Positions 18,847-28,338 of a stretch of DNA of 64,000 bases are shown one piece after another. Position 1 is the first letter of the stretch. Every line of letters begins with the position of its first letter. The notes beneath the pieces are model-generated. The model searched no databases. It saw only the letters and a list, made by a program, of their open reading frames with translations, and was not told the DNA's origin. The translations under genes were made by a program, and so were the position numbers. The DNA lies in the NCBI GenBank assembly GCA_035535315.1, contig DATLQD010000133.1, positions 6,272-70,271 of the forward strand. Direction: 5' to 3'. The DNA is from Gaiellaceae bacterium (GTDB lineage: Bacteria > Actinomycetota > Thermoleophilia > Gaiellales > Gaiellaceae).

Positions 18847-19973
18847 GCCTTGCGCTCCGCGTACCGTGGGAACCAGGGCAGGAGGAGCACGGCGACCAGG
18901 AGCGAGAAGCCCGCGGCGAGGTAGAACGGCGCGCGGGTGTCGAGGTCGAAGAGCGGGACGTAGATGAGCGGTGCGATCGCGACCCCGGCGAACTTGAAAG
19001 CGCTGTAGACGGAGGTCGCCCCGGCCCGGTTGTCGGGGAACGACTCGACCGTGATCGTGTTCAGTCCGGCCCATGTGAACGCCGAGGCACATCCGACGGC
19101 GAGGTAGACGAGGGCGAGACTCCACGCCGTAGGAGCGAAGGCCATCCCGAGGACTCCGGCGGCGCAGGCGAGCGCTCCCGCGAGAGCTGTTCGGGGCCGC
19201 CCGAGCCGGTCGACTGCGGATCCTGCGTACCGGCCCAGGGCGATCGCCCCGACGCCGTACCCCGCGACAACGAGGCCCCGTGTTCCCGAGCCGAGCCCGA
19301 ACTCCCGATCGGCGACGAGGACGACCACGAACCCAATCGCTGTGAACCCGAGGTAGCCGAGCATCGCTTTGGCTCCGAGGAGCGCGATCCAGCGGTTTGC
19401 GAGGGAACGGAAGCCGCCCTCGCCGCGGGCGTTTTCCTCGATCGCCCCGAGGGACCGCCGCGGGAGCGCCAGCACGGTCGAGACGACCGCGACGAGGACG
19501 AAGGCGAGCCGCCACGACACCTCGCCCAGGGCGCCGCCGATCGCGGGAGCGAACGTCATTCCTGCAGCCTGCCAGGCGGCGAACGTTCCGACGCTTCGCC
19601 CGAGCACTTCGGGCGCCACGACCTCCGAGAGTGCCGCCAGAAGAATGGGGGAGAGGAACGCGTTGGCCGCTCCCATGAGGGCACGGCCTGCGAGGAAGAC
19701 CCAGATCGACGGGGAGAACGCGCAGACAAGGGCCGCGCCGCCGTAGACGAGGTAGCCCGCCCGCACGATCCGTCGCGGCCCCAGCCGGCTCGCGAGCGTC
19801 CCCGACACGAGCTGAAGGGCGGCGAACGGCACCATGTAGGCGGTGATCCCGCCGGCGACGAGTGCGAGCGACGTGTCCAGGCCCTCGGCCACGTTCGGGA
19901 TCAACGCGATCAGCATCGCGCCCCCGAACGGACCGAGGAAGCCGCCTGTGTAGAGGGGGAAGGTCAGTCGCAC
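18843..19973 (-). CDS. MFS transporter
   Basis: About 12 hydrophobic segments and an MFS loop 2-3 motif (SGTLASRLGPRR). Confidence 0.8.
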   Translation of the reverse strand: MRLTFPLYTGGFLGPFGGAMLIALIPNVAEGLDTSLALVAGGITAYMVPFAALQLVSGTLASRLGPRRIVRAGYLVYGGAALVCAFSPSIWVFLAGRALMGAANAFLSPILLAALSEVVAPEVLGRSVGTFAAWQAAGMTFAPAIGGALGEVSWRLAFVLVAVVSTVLALPRRSLGAIEENARGEGGFRSLANRWIALLGAKAMLGYLGFTAIGFVVVLVADREFGLGSGTRGLVVAGYGVGAIALGRYAGSAVDRLGRPRTALAGALACAAGVLGMAFAPTAWSLALVYLAVGCASAFTWAGLNTITVESFPDNRAGATSVYSAFKFAGVAIAPLIYVPLFDLDTRAPFYLAAGFSLLVAVLLLPWFPRYAERKA

Positions 19974-19994
19974 GCGCCTAGGCTACGCAGGGCT

Positions 19995-20531
19995 GTGGTG
20001 GATGCCCTCGCACAGGCGCACATCGGCGAGACGTTCAACTTCTACCGTCGCGGTCGCGGGGCGGGCCTTCGCCGGGCGCGGCTCGCGGCCTATCTCGAGC
20101 TCCATGCCGACGCACCTCTTCTCCTGGTCGCCGAGGCGCCGGGCTTTCGCGGTACCCGAATCAGCGGCGTCCCGCTCACCTCGGAGCGCCAGCTCTCCGG
20201 GTCGGGTCCCTCCGAGGCGACCGCGACGATCGTCCACCGCGTCCTCGCAGAGCTCGGGCTCGGGCAGCTCGTCCTCCTGTGGAACGCCGTACCCACGCAC
20301 CCACACCTGCCCGGGAACCCGGCCTCGAACCGCCGCCCGACGCAGACGGAGGTCGAGGCCTCCCGCCCCTTCCTCGACGCACTGGCACGTGGTCGCAGCG
20401 TTATCGCGGTCGGGAGGGTCGCCGAGTCAGCCCTCGGCATACCCGGCATCAGGCACCCCTCGCACGGTGGCGCGATCGCCTTCCGTGCGGGGCTGATGGA
20501 ATACGCCTGTGAGCTCGGTCTCGGCCGGTAG
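19995..20531 (+). CDS. Uracil-DNA glycosylase superfamily protein (family 4-like)
   Basis: LLLVAEAPGFRG (GE-x-PG-type motif A) and a C-terminal HPSHGG (motif B). Confidence 0.65.
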   Translation: MVDALAQAHIGETFNFYRRGRGAGLRRARLAAYLELHADAPLLLVAEAPGFRGTRISGVPLTSERQLSGSGPSEATATIVHRVLAELGLGQLVLLWNAVPTHPHLPGNPASNRRPTQTEVEASRPFLDALARGRSVIAVGRVAESALGIPGIRHPSHGGAIAFRAGLMEYACELGLGR

Positions 20532-21765
20532 CCCGGCCCCTCCCGTTACCAGGAACACGATCCTCCTCGCCGCGTCGCTCGCGACCGTCTCGGCGATGCT
20601 CCAGCTGGGGGCGGCAATCGCGACGATCACCTTCGTCCTCGTCACAGGGGTCGACGCCCTGCTGGGTCTCGGTCCGGCGATCCTCCTGTCCAGCGGGGCG
20701 CTCGCAGCTCTCTTCGCCGGGCGGGCCATGGACAGGCTCGGCCGGATCCCGGTGCTTGCGGCGGGCTACGTCGCAGGGATGGCCGGCTCCGGCCTGATCG
20801 CCCTCGCCGCACACGCGGAGTCGTCGTTCGCGCTGATTCCCGGCCTGGCTCTGGTCGGAGCGTTCGCCGGGGTCGCGAACCTGACGCGCACCGCGGCCGG
20901 AGACATGTATCCGCCGGAGCGCCGCGCGCGCGGAATCTCGTTCGTCCTCTTCGGCTCGGTGTTCGGAGCGATCCTCGGGCCGGCGGTGTTCGCACCGCTC
21001 TTCGCGGGTCGTGACCTCGAGGCGGAGTCCCTCGTCGTGCCCTGGCTCGCGGGCGGCGGCTTCCTGATTGTCGGGCTCGCGCTCGTCCTCGCCGTCCGCC
21101 CGGATCCAAAGCGGATCGCCGAGCTGCTGGGGACGTCGCGCGGTGCCCCGGCCCCCGCCGCTGCCGCGCCGCTCTCCGAGATCCTCCGGCGCCCGGGCGC
21201 GATTCCCGCCCTTCTGGCCGCACTCGCGAGCTTCGGCGTCATGGTCAGCGTCATGAACCTGACCGGCTACGTCGTCGTGACCGAGCACGGGCACCAGCAG
21301 AACGACGTCTTCCCGATCATCGGCGCGCACGTGCTCGGGATGTACGCGCTCGTCCTCTTCGTGGGGCCGGTGATCGACCGGATCGGCCGCACCCAGGCGC
21401 TCGTGGGTGGGCTCGCGATCATGGCCCTTTCCTGCGTGCCGCTCGCCTGGGTGGGAAGCGTCGGCGTCACGGGTGTGCTTCTCTTCGGGCTCGGGCTTGG
21501 TTGGAACCTCTCCTTCGTGGCTGCCACAGCACAGCTCGCCGATCTCACGTCCCCCGCCGAGCGCGGGAAGCTACTGGGCTTCAGCGACCTCCTGTCCGGG
21601 ATCCTCGGTGCGTCGCTGGCCCTGCTCGGAGGCTTCGCGCTCGAGGCGGTCGGGGTCGTCGCACTCGCAGCCGGAGCGACCGCGATCGCGCTTGCTCCGG
21701 TCACGCTCATCGTGCGCCGCCGGAAGCGGCAAGACCCCGCTCTTGCTACCATCTCCGACCGCTGA
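20509..21765 (+). CDS. MFS transporter
   Basis: 12-TM-type hydrophobicity; [11 protein letters not shown] loop motif. Start uncertain because the ORF overlaps the previous gene by 23 nt. Confidence 0.8.
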   Translation: MSSVSAGSPAPPVTRNTILLAASLATVSAMLQLGAAIATITFVLVTGVDALLGLGPAILLSSGALAALFAGRAMDRLGRIPVLAAGYVAGMAGSGLIALAAHAESSFALIPGLALVGAFAGVANLTRTAAGDMYPPERRARGISFVLFGSVFGAILGPAVFAPLFAGRDLEAESLVVPWLAGGGFLIVGLALVLAVRPDPKRIAELLGTSRGAPAPAAAAPLSEILRRPGAIPALLAALASFGVMVSVMNLTGYVVVTEHGHQQNDVFPIIGAHVLGMYALVLFVGPVIDRIGRTQALVGGLAIMALSCVPLAWVGSVGVTGVLLFGLGLGWNLSFVAATAQLADLTSPAERGKLLGFSDLLSGILGASLALLGGFALEAVGVVALAAGATAIALAPVTLIVRRRKRQDPALATISDR

Positions 21766-21793
21766 GGCGGACCCGCGTCCGCCCTTTTCTGCG

Positions 21794-22225
21794 ATGAAGA
21801 CCTGGAACGCGAAAGCGCATGAGATCGAGCGACGCTGGTACGTCGTCGACGCCGAGGGCGAGACCCTTGGCAGGCTGGCGACCCGTATTGCCGACACCCT
21901 CCGCGGCAAGCGGAAGCCCGAATTCACGCCGCACGTCGACACGGGGGACTTCGTCGTTGTCGTCAACGCCGAAAAGATCTCCGTGACCGGAAACAAGCTC
22001 CAGCAGAAGCGCTACTACCGCCACTCCGGGTACCCGGGCGGTTTGCGGTCGCGAACGCTCGCGGAGCAGCTCGACCGGCGTCCCACCGAGGTCATCCGCA
22101 AGGCCGTGAAGGGGATGCTCCCGCGTAACCGGCTCGCGAACCGCCAGATCACCAAGCTGAAGGTCTACGCGGGGCCCGACCATCCGCACGAGGCCCAGGA
22201 CCCCCAACCCCTGCCCGAGTCATGA
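21794..22225 (+). CDS. rplM: 50S ribosomal protein L13
   Basis: [61 protein letters not shown]... ATG 21794 inside ORF 21407..22225. Confidence 0.95.
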   Translation: MKTWNAKAHEIERRWYVVDAEGETLGRLATRIADTLRGKRKPEFTPHVDTGDFVVVVNAEKISVTGNKLQQKRYYRHSGYPGGLRSRTLAEQLDRRPTEVIRKAVKGMLPRNRLANRQITKLKVYAGPDHPHEAQDPQPLPES

Positions 22226-22617
22226 GCCAGCTCGCGCAGTACCAGGGCACGGGCAAGCGCAAGACCTCGGTCGCTCGCGTCATCCTTCGTCCAGGCGACG
22301 GCCAGACTTGGATCAACGGCCGGACACTCGAGGAGTACTTCCCACGCCAGGTGCTTCGCACCGTGGCCACCATGCCGCTCCGGACCGCCGGCGTCGAGGG
22401 CACATTCGACATCAGAGCGCGACTTCACGGGGGCGGGCCCGCAGGACAGGCGGGCGCACTTAGGCACGGGATCGCCCGAGCGCTCATCGAGGCCGACCCC
22501 GAGCTTCGCACCGTGCTGAAGCGCGAGGGATTCTTGACGCGCGACGCTCGCATCGTCGAGCGCAAGAAGGCCGGCCTTCGCAAGGCCCGCAAGCGCCCGC
22601 AGTTCTCCAAGCGCTAG
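22222..22617 (+). CDS. rpsI: 30S ribosomal protein S9
   Basis: [19 protein letters not shown]...[19 protein letters not shown]...[22 protein letters not shown] overlap with rplM. Confidence 0.95.
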   Translation: MSQLAQYQGTGKRKTSVARVILRPGDGQTWINGRTLEEYFPRQVLRTVATMPLRTAGVEGTFDIRARLHGGGPAGQAGALRHGIARALIEADPELRTVLKREGFLTRDARIVERKKAGLRKARKRPQFSKR

Positions 22618-23270
22618 AGCCGGTCGCGGATCGAGTCCAGGTCCGGGTCCCCCGCGGCGTGCTCGCGTAGCTCCGGGTTGAGCTCGAGCGCCCGCTGGAC
22701 GTGCGCGGTTGCGGCATCGAGGTGCCCGGCAAGCGCCTCGTAGCAGCCGAGGTTGTAGAGCAGGCTCGGATTGTCGGGGTGGTCAGGCATTCCGGCCGCG
22801 ACCAGCTGGGCGGCCTTGTCGTACTCGCCGGCTTCGACATGAGGCCGCGCCGCGAACCACAGCTCCCAGGCCGAGGGGTGGAAAGCCTCGCCGCGCGGAC
22901 CACCGACCGCGAGGACCGTGGACTTTGGCTCCTTCGCCACGGCGTGCCGCCTCACGGCCGCGTCGCGAATGAAGACCAGGGTGCCCTCGGGAGCGTCCAC
23001 CTCTTCGCCGCCGACCGAGAAGGTCGCGTGGCCCGAGGCTACGTAGTAGAGCTCCTCGTGTTCGCCGCCGCCGCTCCCGAGCTCGTCGTGGTCCTCGACC
23101 AACTCATCACCGACGTTCGCCGCCGTGTAAGCGTTGACACCGAAAGCGCCGATGTCGAATCGCCGGCGGATCGGTCTCCAGACGAGCGTGCCCGAGACCG
23201 GGATGGCATCCAGCTCCGAGAGATGAGCGGTATCGAACGATTTCGCGTCCATGCGCGGAAAGTCTCCCAC
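22614..23270 (-). CDS. Cupin domain protein with a C-terminal TPR-like region
   Basis: Cupin beta-barrel motif region ([24 protein letters not shown]...GTLVFI). The C-terminus ([29 protein letters not shown]) is TPR-like. Start may be MDAKS (23252). Confidence 0.6.
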   Translation of the reverse strand: MGDFPRMDAKSFDTAHLSELDAIPVSGTLVWRPIRRRFDIGAFGVNAYTAANVGDELVEDHDELGSGGGEHEELYYVASGHATFSVGGEEVDAPEGTLVFIRDAAVRRHAVAKEPKSTVLAVGGPRGEAFHPSAWELWFAARPHVEAGEYDKAAQLVAAGMPDHPDNPSLLYNLGCYEALAGHLDAATAHVQRALELNPELREHAAGDPDLDSIRDRL

Positions 23271-23290
23271 ACGGCTACCGTTCCGCGGTC

Positions 23291-24553
23291 GTGCGCCGCT
23301 ATTTCGGAACGGACGGGGTCCGAGGGGTCGTCGGCGACGACCTCACGGAGGCCCTGGTCGAGCGACTCGGTCTTGCCTTCGCCGTCTGGTCCGAGGGCAA
23401 GGCGGTGCTGATCGGCCGCGACACCCGAGGCTCCGGGCCGGCGCTCGAAGGTGCCCTCGCACGAGGGCTCGTTGCGGGCGGCTCGGATGCGATCCTCGGC
23501 GGCATTCTCCCGACGCCCGCGGTCGCCTTGCTCGCGGAGAGCCGCGGCGTGGTCGTCTCGGCATCCCACAATCCGGCCGAGTACAACGGCCTCAAGTTCT
23601 TCGGCGCCGAGGGGTCGAAACTCGGCGACGACGAGGAGGAGGCGATCGAGGCGCTGCTGACGGCAGACCCCCCGCACGGCGGGGAGATCCGCCAGGCTGA
23701 AGGTCTCGAAGGGCGTTACGTGGATCTCGTCTGCGAGCGCTTCGGGGCGCCGCTCGACGGGCTTCGGCTCTGTGTCGACTGCGCGAACGGCGCCATGTAT
23801 CGAGTAGCCCCCGCCGCGCTGGGGCGACTCGGCGCGGACGTGACGACGATCGCCGCCGCTCCGGATGGAACGAACATCAACGCCGGTTGCGGCGCAACCG
23901 ACCTTCGCTTGCTCTCGGAGACGGTGAGGGCCGGTGTCTTTGATCTAGGGGTCGCCTTCGACGGCGACGGCGACCGGCTGCTGGCCGTCGATGCGGAGGG
24001 AAAGCCAGTAGACGGCGACGGAGTGCTCGCCGTGCTTGCGCTCAACCTGGGCGTGGACCTCGTAGCGGTGACCTCGATGACGAACCTCGGCTTTCACCGC
24101 CTCATGTCCTCCCACGGAATCCGGGTGGTCACGACAGACGTCGGCGACCGATACGTGCTCGAGGCCCTTCGTGCCGAGGGCGGTGTCCTCGGAGGCGAAC
24201 AGTCGGGACACGTCCTCTACCTGGACGGACACGTGGCGGGCGACGGCCTCGTGGCCGCGATCCTCTTATCGCGCGCACTCGGCGAGACCGGCAAGCCGCT
24301 GGCCGAGCTCGTCGCGCCGCTGGTTCGCTTCCCCCAGGCAAAGCGCGACGTCAACGTGACCCGGAAGGAGATCTCGCCGGCCCTGCAAGGCGAGGTGAGG
24401 CGTGCGAACGCAGATCTCAAGCATGGCCGAGTGCTCGTCCGCCCTTCGGGAACCGAGCCGGTCGTCCGCGTGCTCGTGGAGGCGGAAAACCAGGCCGATG
24501 CGGAAAAGCTCTGTGATACCATCGCGGCCCTCGTAAATCAGGAGCTCGGCTGA
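23291..24553 (+). CDS. glmM: Phosphoglucosamine mutase
   Basis: YFGTDGVRG, active-site SASHNPAEYNGLKFF, GVAFDGDGDR, GGEQSGH. Confidence 0.95.
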   Translation: MRRYFGTDGVRGVVGDDLTEALVERLGLAFAVWSEGKAVLIGRDTRGSGPALEGALARGLVAGGSDAILGGILPTPAVALLAESRGVVVSASHNPAEYNGLKFFGAEGSKLGDDEEEAIEALLTADPPHGGEIRQAEGLEGRYVDLVCERFGAPLDGLRLCVDCANGAMYRVAPAALGRLGADVTTIAAAPDGTNINAGCGATDLRLLSETVRAGVFDLGVAFDGDGDRLLAVDAEGKPVDGDGVLAVLALNLGVDLVAVTSMTNLGFHRLMSSHGIRVVTTDVGDRYVLEALRAEGGVLGGEQSGHVLYLDGHVAGDGLVAAILLSRALGETGKPLAELVAPLVRFPQAKRDVNVTRKEISPALQGEVRRANADLKHGRVLVRPSGTEPVVRVLVEAENQADAEKLCDTIAALVNQELG

Positions 24554-24640
24554 CGCCGGGCTTCAGTTTTCAGGCGGTATTTGCAGGGAGAAGAGCGGCA
24601 CCAACGTGGCGACCCGACGACGGGAGAGGAGGCGGCTTCA

Positions 24641-26464
24641 GTGTGCGGAATCATTGGATACGTGGGCTCGAGAGCCGCCAAGGAGCTCCTTCTCAGTGGT
24701 CTGGAGCGCCTCGAGTACCGAGGCTATGACTCCGCCGGGCTCTGCCTCATCGAGGACGAAGGTCTCGACTTCGTTCGGGCGGTTGGCAACCTCGACCAGC
24801 TGAAGGCGGCCGCGGGGCCGAACGGCTCGGTCTCGACGACCGGCGTCGGGCACACGCGCTGGGCGACGCATGGCCGGGTCTCCGAGGAGAACGCCCACCC
24901 GCTCGAGGGCTGTGTGCCAGGCGAGCTCGCGCTCGTCCTGAACGGGATCGTCGAGAACTTCGTCGAGCTTCGCGCGTCGCTCGTCGCCGACGACCACACG
25001 TTCACGTCGGAGACCGACGCCGAGGTCGTTGCCCACCTCGTCGAACGGCACTACCAGGGCGACCTCGTCGAGGCTGTGCGAGCAGCGTACGCCGACATGG
25101 AGGGGCACTTTGCCTTCGTCGTCATCCACAGCGGGCATCCGGGCTTGCTCGTGGGCGCGAGGCTCCAGTGCCCGCTGGTCGTCGGTGTCTCCGACGGCGA
25201 GACCTTCCTCGCATCGTCGATCGCGGCCTTCCAGCGCGAGACCCACCGCGTCCAGCTGATCGAGGACGGGGAGGTCGTCGCGATCACGCCCGAGGGCGCC
25301 ACCTTCTTCTCGCCTGACGAGGGCATTCGAAGCCGCGACGAGCTTTTGGTCGACTGGGACGACGAGTCGGCGGAGAAGCTGGGCTACGAGAGCTATATGT
25401 TGAAAGAGATCTACGAGCAGCCTTGCGCCGTGGAGCGCACGATCGAGGAGTACTTACGGAACGGTTCCCTCGATCTCGACCTCGGGCTCACCGACCTCGA
25501 GCTCCAGAACCTCCGCCGTGTCGTCGTCCTCGCCTGCGGCACCGCCTACCACGCAGGCGTCGTCGGGCGCTATGTGATCGAGGAGTGGGCTCGACTCCCC
25601 TGCGAACCCGACATCGCGAGCGAGTGGCGCTACCGGCATCCGGTCCTCACGAAGGACACGCTCGTGATCGGTATTTCCCAGTCAGGCGAGACCGCGGACA
25701 CGATCGCAGCTATGGCCCGTGCTCACGAGTCGGGTGCGCGAACGGTCGCCGTCACGAACCTTCAGGGGACCCAGATCACCCGCGAGGTCGAGAAGGTCCT
25801 CTACACGAGGGCGGGGATGGAGATGGGCGTCGCTGCCTCGAAGACGTTCACTGCCCAGCTTGCGGTCATGTTCCTGGTGGCGCTGAAGCTCGCCCAGGTT
25901 CGGCGCACGCTTCCCGACGACGAGATCGCCGGCCTCCTCGAGGAGGTCTGTGCGTTGCCGGACAAGATGCGCGCCTACCTGAACGCCGACCATCCGATCG
26001 AGGAGATCGCGCAGCGTCACCACGAGAAGCCCTTCTTCCTGTACCTGGGTCGCCACATCGGCTTGCCTGTCGCCCTCGAGGGGGCGCTGAAGCTGAAGGA
26101 GATCTCCTACATCCCGACGGAGGCGTACTCCGCGGGCGAGATGAAGCACGGCCCGATCGCGCTTCTCGATGCGTCGACGCCGGTCGTCTGCATCGCGACC
26201 GACTCGCACGTCTACGACAAGGTCGTCTCGAACATCCAGGAGGTGCGGGCGCGGGCGGCACAGGTGATCGCGATCGCGACGGACGGGAACGAGGACATCC
26301 AGCACCACGCCGACGACGTCATCTACGTGCCACGTTCCCACCCGTTCCTGCAGGCTGCCCTGGCCGTCATCCCCCTCCAACTGCTCGCGTACCGGATCGC
26401 CCGCATCCGCGGCATGAACGTCGATCAGCCGCGGAACCTGGCGAAGACCGTCACCGTCGAGTAG
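24641..26464 (+). CDS. glmS: Glutamine--fructose-6-phosphate aminotransferase (isomerising)
   Basis: GTG 24641 gives (M)CGIIGYVG with the N-terminal nucleophile Cys. Two SIS domains; C-terminal NLAKTVTVE. GGGAGAGGAGG SD upstream. Confidence 0.95.
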   Translation: MCGIIGYVGSRAAKELLLSGLERLEYRGYDSAGLCLIEDEGLDFVRAVGNLDQLKAAAGPNGSVSTTGVGHTRWATHGRVSEENAHPLEGCVPGELALVLNGIVENFVELRASLVADDHTFTSETDAEVVAHLVERHYQGDLVEAVRAAYADMEGHFAFVVIHSGHPGLLVGARLQCPLVVGVSDGETFLASSIAAFQRETHRVQLIEDGEVVAITPEGATFFSPDEGIRSRDELLVDWDDESAEKLGYESYMLKEIYEQPCAVERTIEEYLRNGSLDLDLGLTDLELQNLRRVVVLACGTAYHAGVVGRYVIEEWARLPCEPDIASEWRYRHPVLTKDTLVIGISQSGETADTIAAMARAHESGARTVAVTNLQGTQITREVEKVLYTRAGMEMGVAASKTFTAQLAVMFLVALKLAQVRRTLPDDEIAGLLEEVCALPDKMRAYLNADHPIEEIAQRHHEKPFFLYLGRHIGLPVALEGALKLKEISYIPTEAYSAGEMKHGPIALLDASTPVVCIATDSHVYDKVVSNIQEVRARAAQVIAIATDGNEDIQHHADDVIYVPRSHPFLQAALAVIPLQLLAYRIARIRGMNVDQPRNLAKTVTVE

Positions 26465-26530
26465 GGGACGCTTGCCTTCGGGGCGGCATCGGTCTTAGGA
26501 TCGTGCGTTCCGAACGAGGGAGGGCTCGCT

Positions 26531-26782
26531 TTGCCGCTTTACATGGACGTGCACACCATGGACGGAGGGGTCTCGGCAGAGGACGTCGCCGGGGCGCACG
26601 CAAAAGACCTCGAGCATCAGCAAGACCACGGCGTGGACTTCAAGCAGTACTGGGTGGACGAGAAGCAGGGGAAGATCTTCTGCCTTGTCGAGGCGCCGAG
26701 CCCCGACGCTGCGGTGACAGTGCATCGCGAGGCGCACGGTCTCGTCCCGGACGAGATCTACGAGGTCAAGGAAGGCAGCTAG
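26531..26782 (+). CDS. DUF4242 (SCO4226-like) small protein
   Basis: MPLYMDVH...AHAKDLEHQQDHGVDFKQYWVDEKQGKIFCLVEAPSPDAAVTVHREAHGLVPDEIYEV fits my recollection of the DUF4242 pattern. TTG start with GGGAGGG 7 nt upstream. Confidence 0.65.
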   Translation: MPLYMDVHTMDGGVSAEDVAGAHAKDLEHQQDHGVDFKQYWVDEKQGKIFCLVEAPSPDAAVTVHREAHGLVPDEIYEVKEGS

Positions 26783-26787
26783 GCCCC

Positions 26788-27210
26788 CTACTCGTCAGGG
26801 GGCGGCCGCCGCAACCGCTTCCGCGAGGCCTGCTGCCGCTTCTCCTCCAGGCGTCGCTCCCGGGCAGCCTTACCCGGCCTGGTCGGGCGGCGCTTCCGCT
26901 CGACCCTGAGACCGTCTCGAATCGCGTCAGCCAGCCGGCCGAGCGCCAGCTCGCGGTTTCGCCACTGGCTGCGCTCGTCCTGGGCGACCGCGCGGACGAC
27001 CGGCCCGCGCTTGCCGAGGAGCCGAAGCTTCTGGGCCGGGGTGAGGGTCTGAGAGGCCTCGACGTCGAAGATGGCCTCCACGCGCGTCTCGGTCTTCTGT
27101 GCGTGCTGGCCGCCAGGCCCGCTCGAGCGGGAGGTGCGCAGCTCGACCTCCGCGAGCGGGATCTCGAGTCGTGGCGTCACCTGAATAGACTCGCCTGCGA
27201 TGGCGGCCAT
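26788..27210 (-). CDS. arfB: Alternative ribosome-rescue factor ArfB (peptidyl-tRNA hydrolase, GGQ domain)
   Basis: RSSGPGGQHAQKTETRVE GGQ motif plus a basic C-terminal tail (RKRRPTRPGKAARERRLEEKRQQASRKRLRR). ATG 27210 is preferred over 27222. Confidence 0.85.
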   Translation of the reverse strand: MAAIAGESIQVTPRLEIPLAEVELRTSRSSGPGGQHAQKTETRVEAIFDVEASQTLTPAQKLRLLGKRGPVVRAVAQDERSQWRNRELALGRLADAIRDGLRVERKRRPTRPGKAARERRLEEKRQQASRKRLRRPPPDE

Positions 27211-27979
27211 TCTCGTCGACATCGATGGCGTCCTGCACGTCTCCGGCGAGCCGATTCCCGGCGCGGCCGAGGGCGTCGAGCGACTGCGCGCCGGCGGTCA
27301 TGCTTTGCGCTTCGTCACGAACAACACGACGAGGGCGCGGGCGCGCTTGGCGGAGGAGCTCCGCGCGATCGGCGTCCCGATCGAGGAGAACGAGATCGAG
27401 ACGACCCCGCTCGCTGCGGGCAAGCTGCTGGCCGGGCAGCGGGTCCTGGCGCTGGTCATGGCTGCGATCCGGCCCGACCTGGAGCGGAGCGCCGCGCTGG
27501 TCGACTCGGGCGCCGACGCGGTGCTGCTCGGCGGTGCCGACGAGACCGAAGAGACCGAGCGCATCTTCGCCTATTCGAATCTGAGCCGGGCGTTCGCCGA
27601 GCTCGAAAACGGCGCTCGCCTCGTTTGCCTGCACCGGAACCGCTGGTGGCAGACCTCGCGCGGCCCGCTCCTCGATGCGGGCGCGTTCGTCGCCGGTCTC
27701 GAGTACGCGGCCGGGGTCGAAGCCGAGGTGGTGGGGAAGCCGACGCGCGCCTACTTCGAGGCCGCCCTCGGCGAGCTGGACGTGAAACCTGGGGACGCGG
27801 TCATGGTCGGCGACGACATCGAAGCCGACATTGGCGGCGCGAAGGCCATCGGCATGCGGGCGGTGCTCGTCCGGACGGGCAAGTTCCGGGAGGACACGCT
27901 CGCGGCTTCAGAGCAGAGTCCGGACGCCGTCCTCGACTCGATCGCCGACCTTCCGGCCTGGCTGGCAGGGGCAGCATGA
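27200..27979 (+). CDS. HAD-IIA family hydrolase (NagD/TIGR01458-like)
   Basis: ILVDIDGVL (DxDG), FVTNNT, and a C-terminal VGDD..DIGGA motif. Confidence 0.8.
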   Translation: MAAILVDIDGVLHVSGEPIPGAAEGVERLRAGGHALRFVTNNTTRARARLAEELRAIGVPIEENEIETTPLAAGKLLAGQRVLALVMAAIRPDLERSAALVDSGADAVLLGGADETEETERIFAYSNLSRAFAELENGARLVCLHRNRWWQTSRGPLLDAGAFVAGLEYAAGVEAEVVGKPTRAYFEAALGELDVKPGDAVMVGDDIEADIGGAKAIGMRAVLVRTGKFREDTLAASEQSPDAVLDSIADLPAWLAGAA

Positions 27980-28338
27980 GGATCGGCATCGACCTGATCG
28001 AGATCGCCCGCGTCGAGCGCTCGCTCGCCCGCTACCAGGCGTTCCGGGAGCGCGTCTTCACGGAGGAGGAGCGTCGCTACTGCGACTCGCGGTCGAACCC
28101 GGCGCAGCACTATGCCGCCCGGTTCGCCGGCAAGGAGGCTGTCGGCAAGGCCCTCGGCTGCGGCGTCCGCTTCACGTGGCGGGAGATCGAAATCGCGGGC
28201 CGGCCCAAGCCCGGTGTCCATCTCTCGGGCTGGACGAAGGGCTGGGCCGAACGTGTGCAAGCGGGTGAGATCGACCTCTCGATGACCCACTCGAGGGACC
28301 TTGCTGCAGCGATCTGCGTCGTCGGCGATGTGGACTGA
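27976..28338 (+). CDS. acpS: Holo-[acyl-carrier-protein] synthase
   Basis: MRIGIDLIEIARV...RFAGKEAVGKAL...SMTHSRDLAAA. ATGA overlap with the HAD gene. This is the tail of the artefactual ORF 25423..28338. Confidence 0.9.
   Translation: MRIGIDLIEIARVERSLARYQAFRERVFTEEERRYCDSRSNPAQHYAARFAGKEAVGKALGCGVRFTWREIEIAGRPKPGVHLSGWTKGWAERVQAGEIDLSMTHSRDLAAAICVVGDVD

Noticed and set aside
18244-19973. A complete encapsulin nanocompartment locus around the EncFtn-like gene.
   Set aside because: The neighbours are acylphosphatase, an MFS transporter and convergent guaA. No HK97-fold shell-like ORF (about 260-300 aa) exists within several kb.
24554-24640. Possible glmS ribozyme upstream of glmS.
   Set aside because: The spacer is only 87 nt, far shorter than the ribozyme, and I could not see its conserved core. 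It contains just an SD (GGGAGAGGAGG) and weak 4-bp hairpins.
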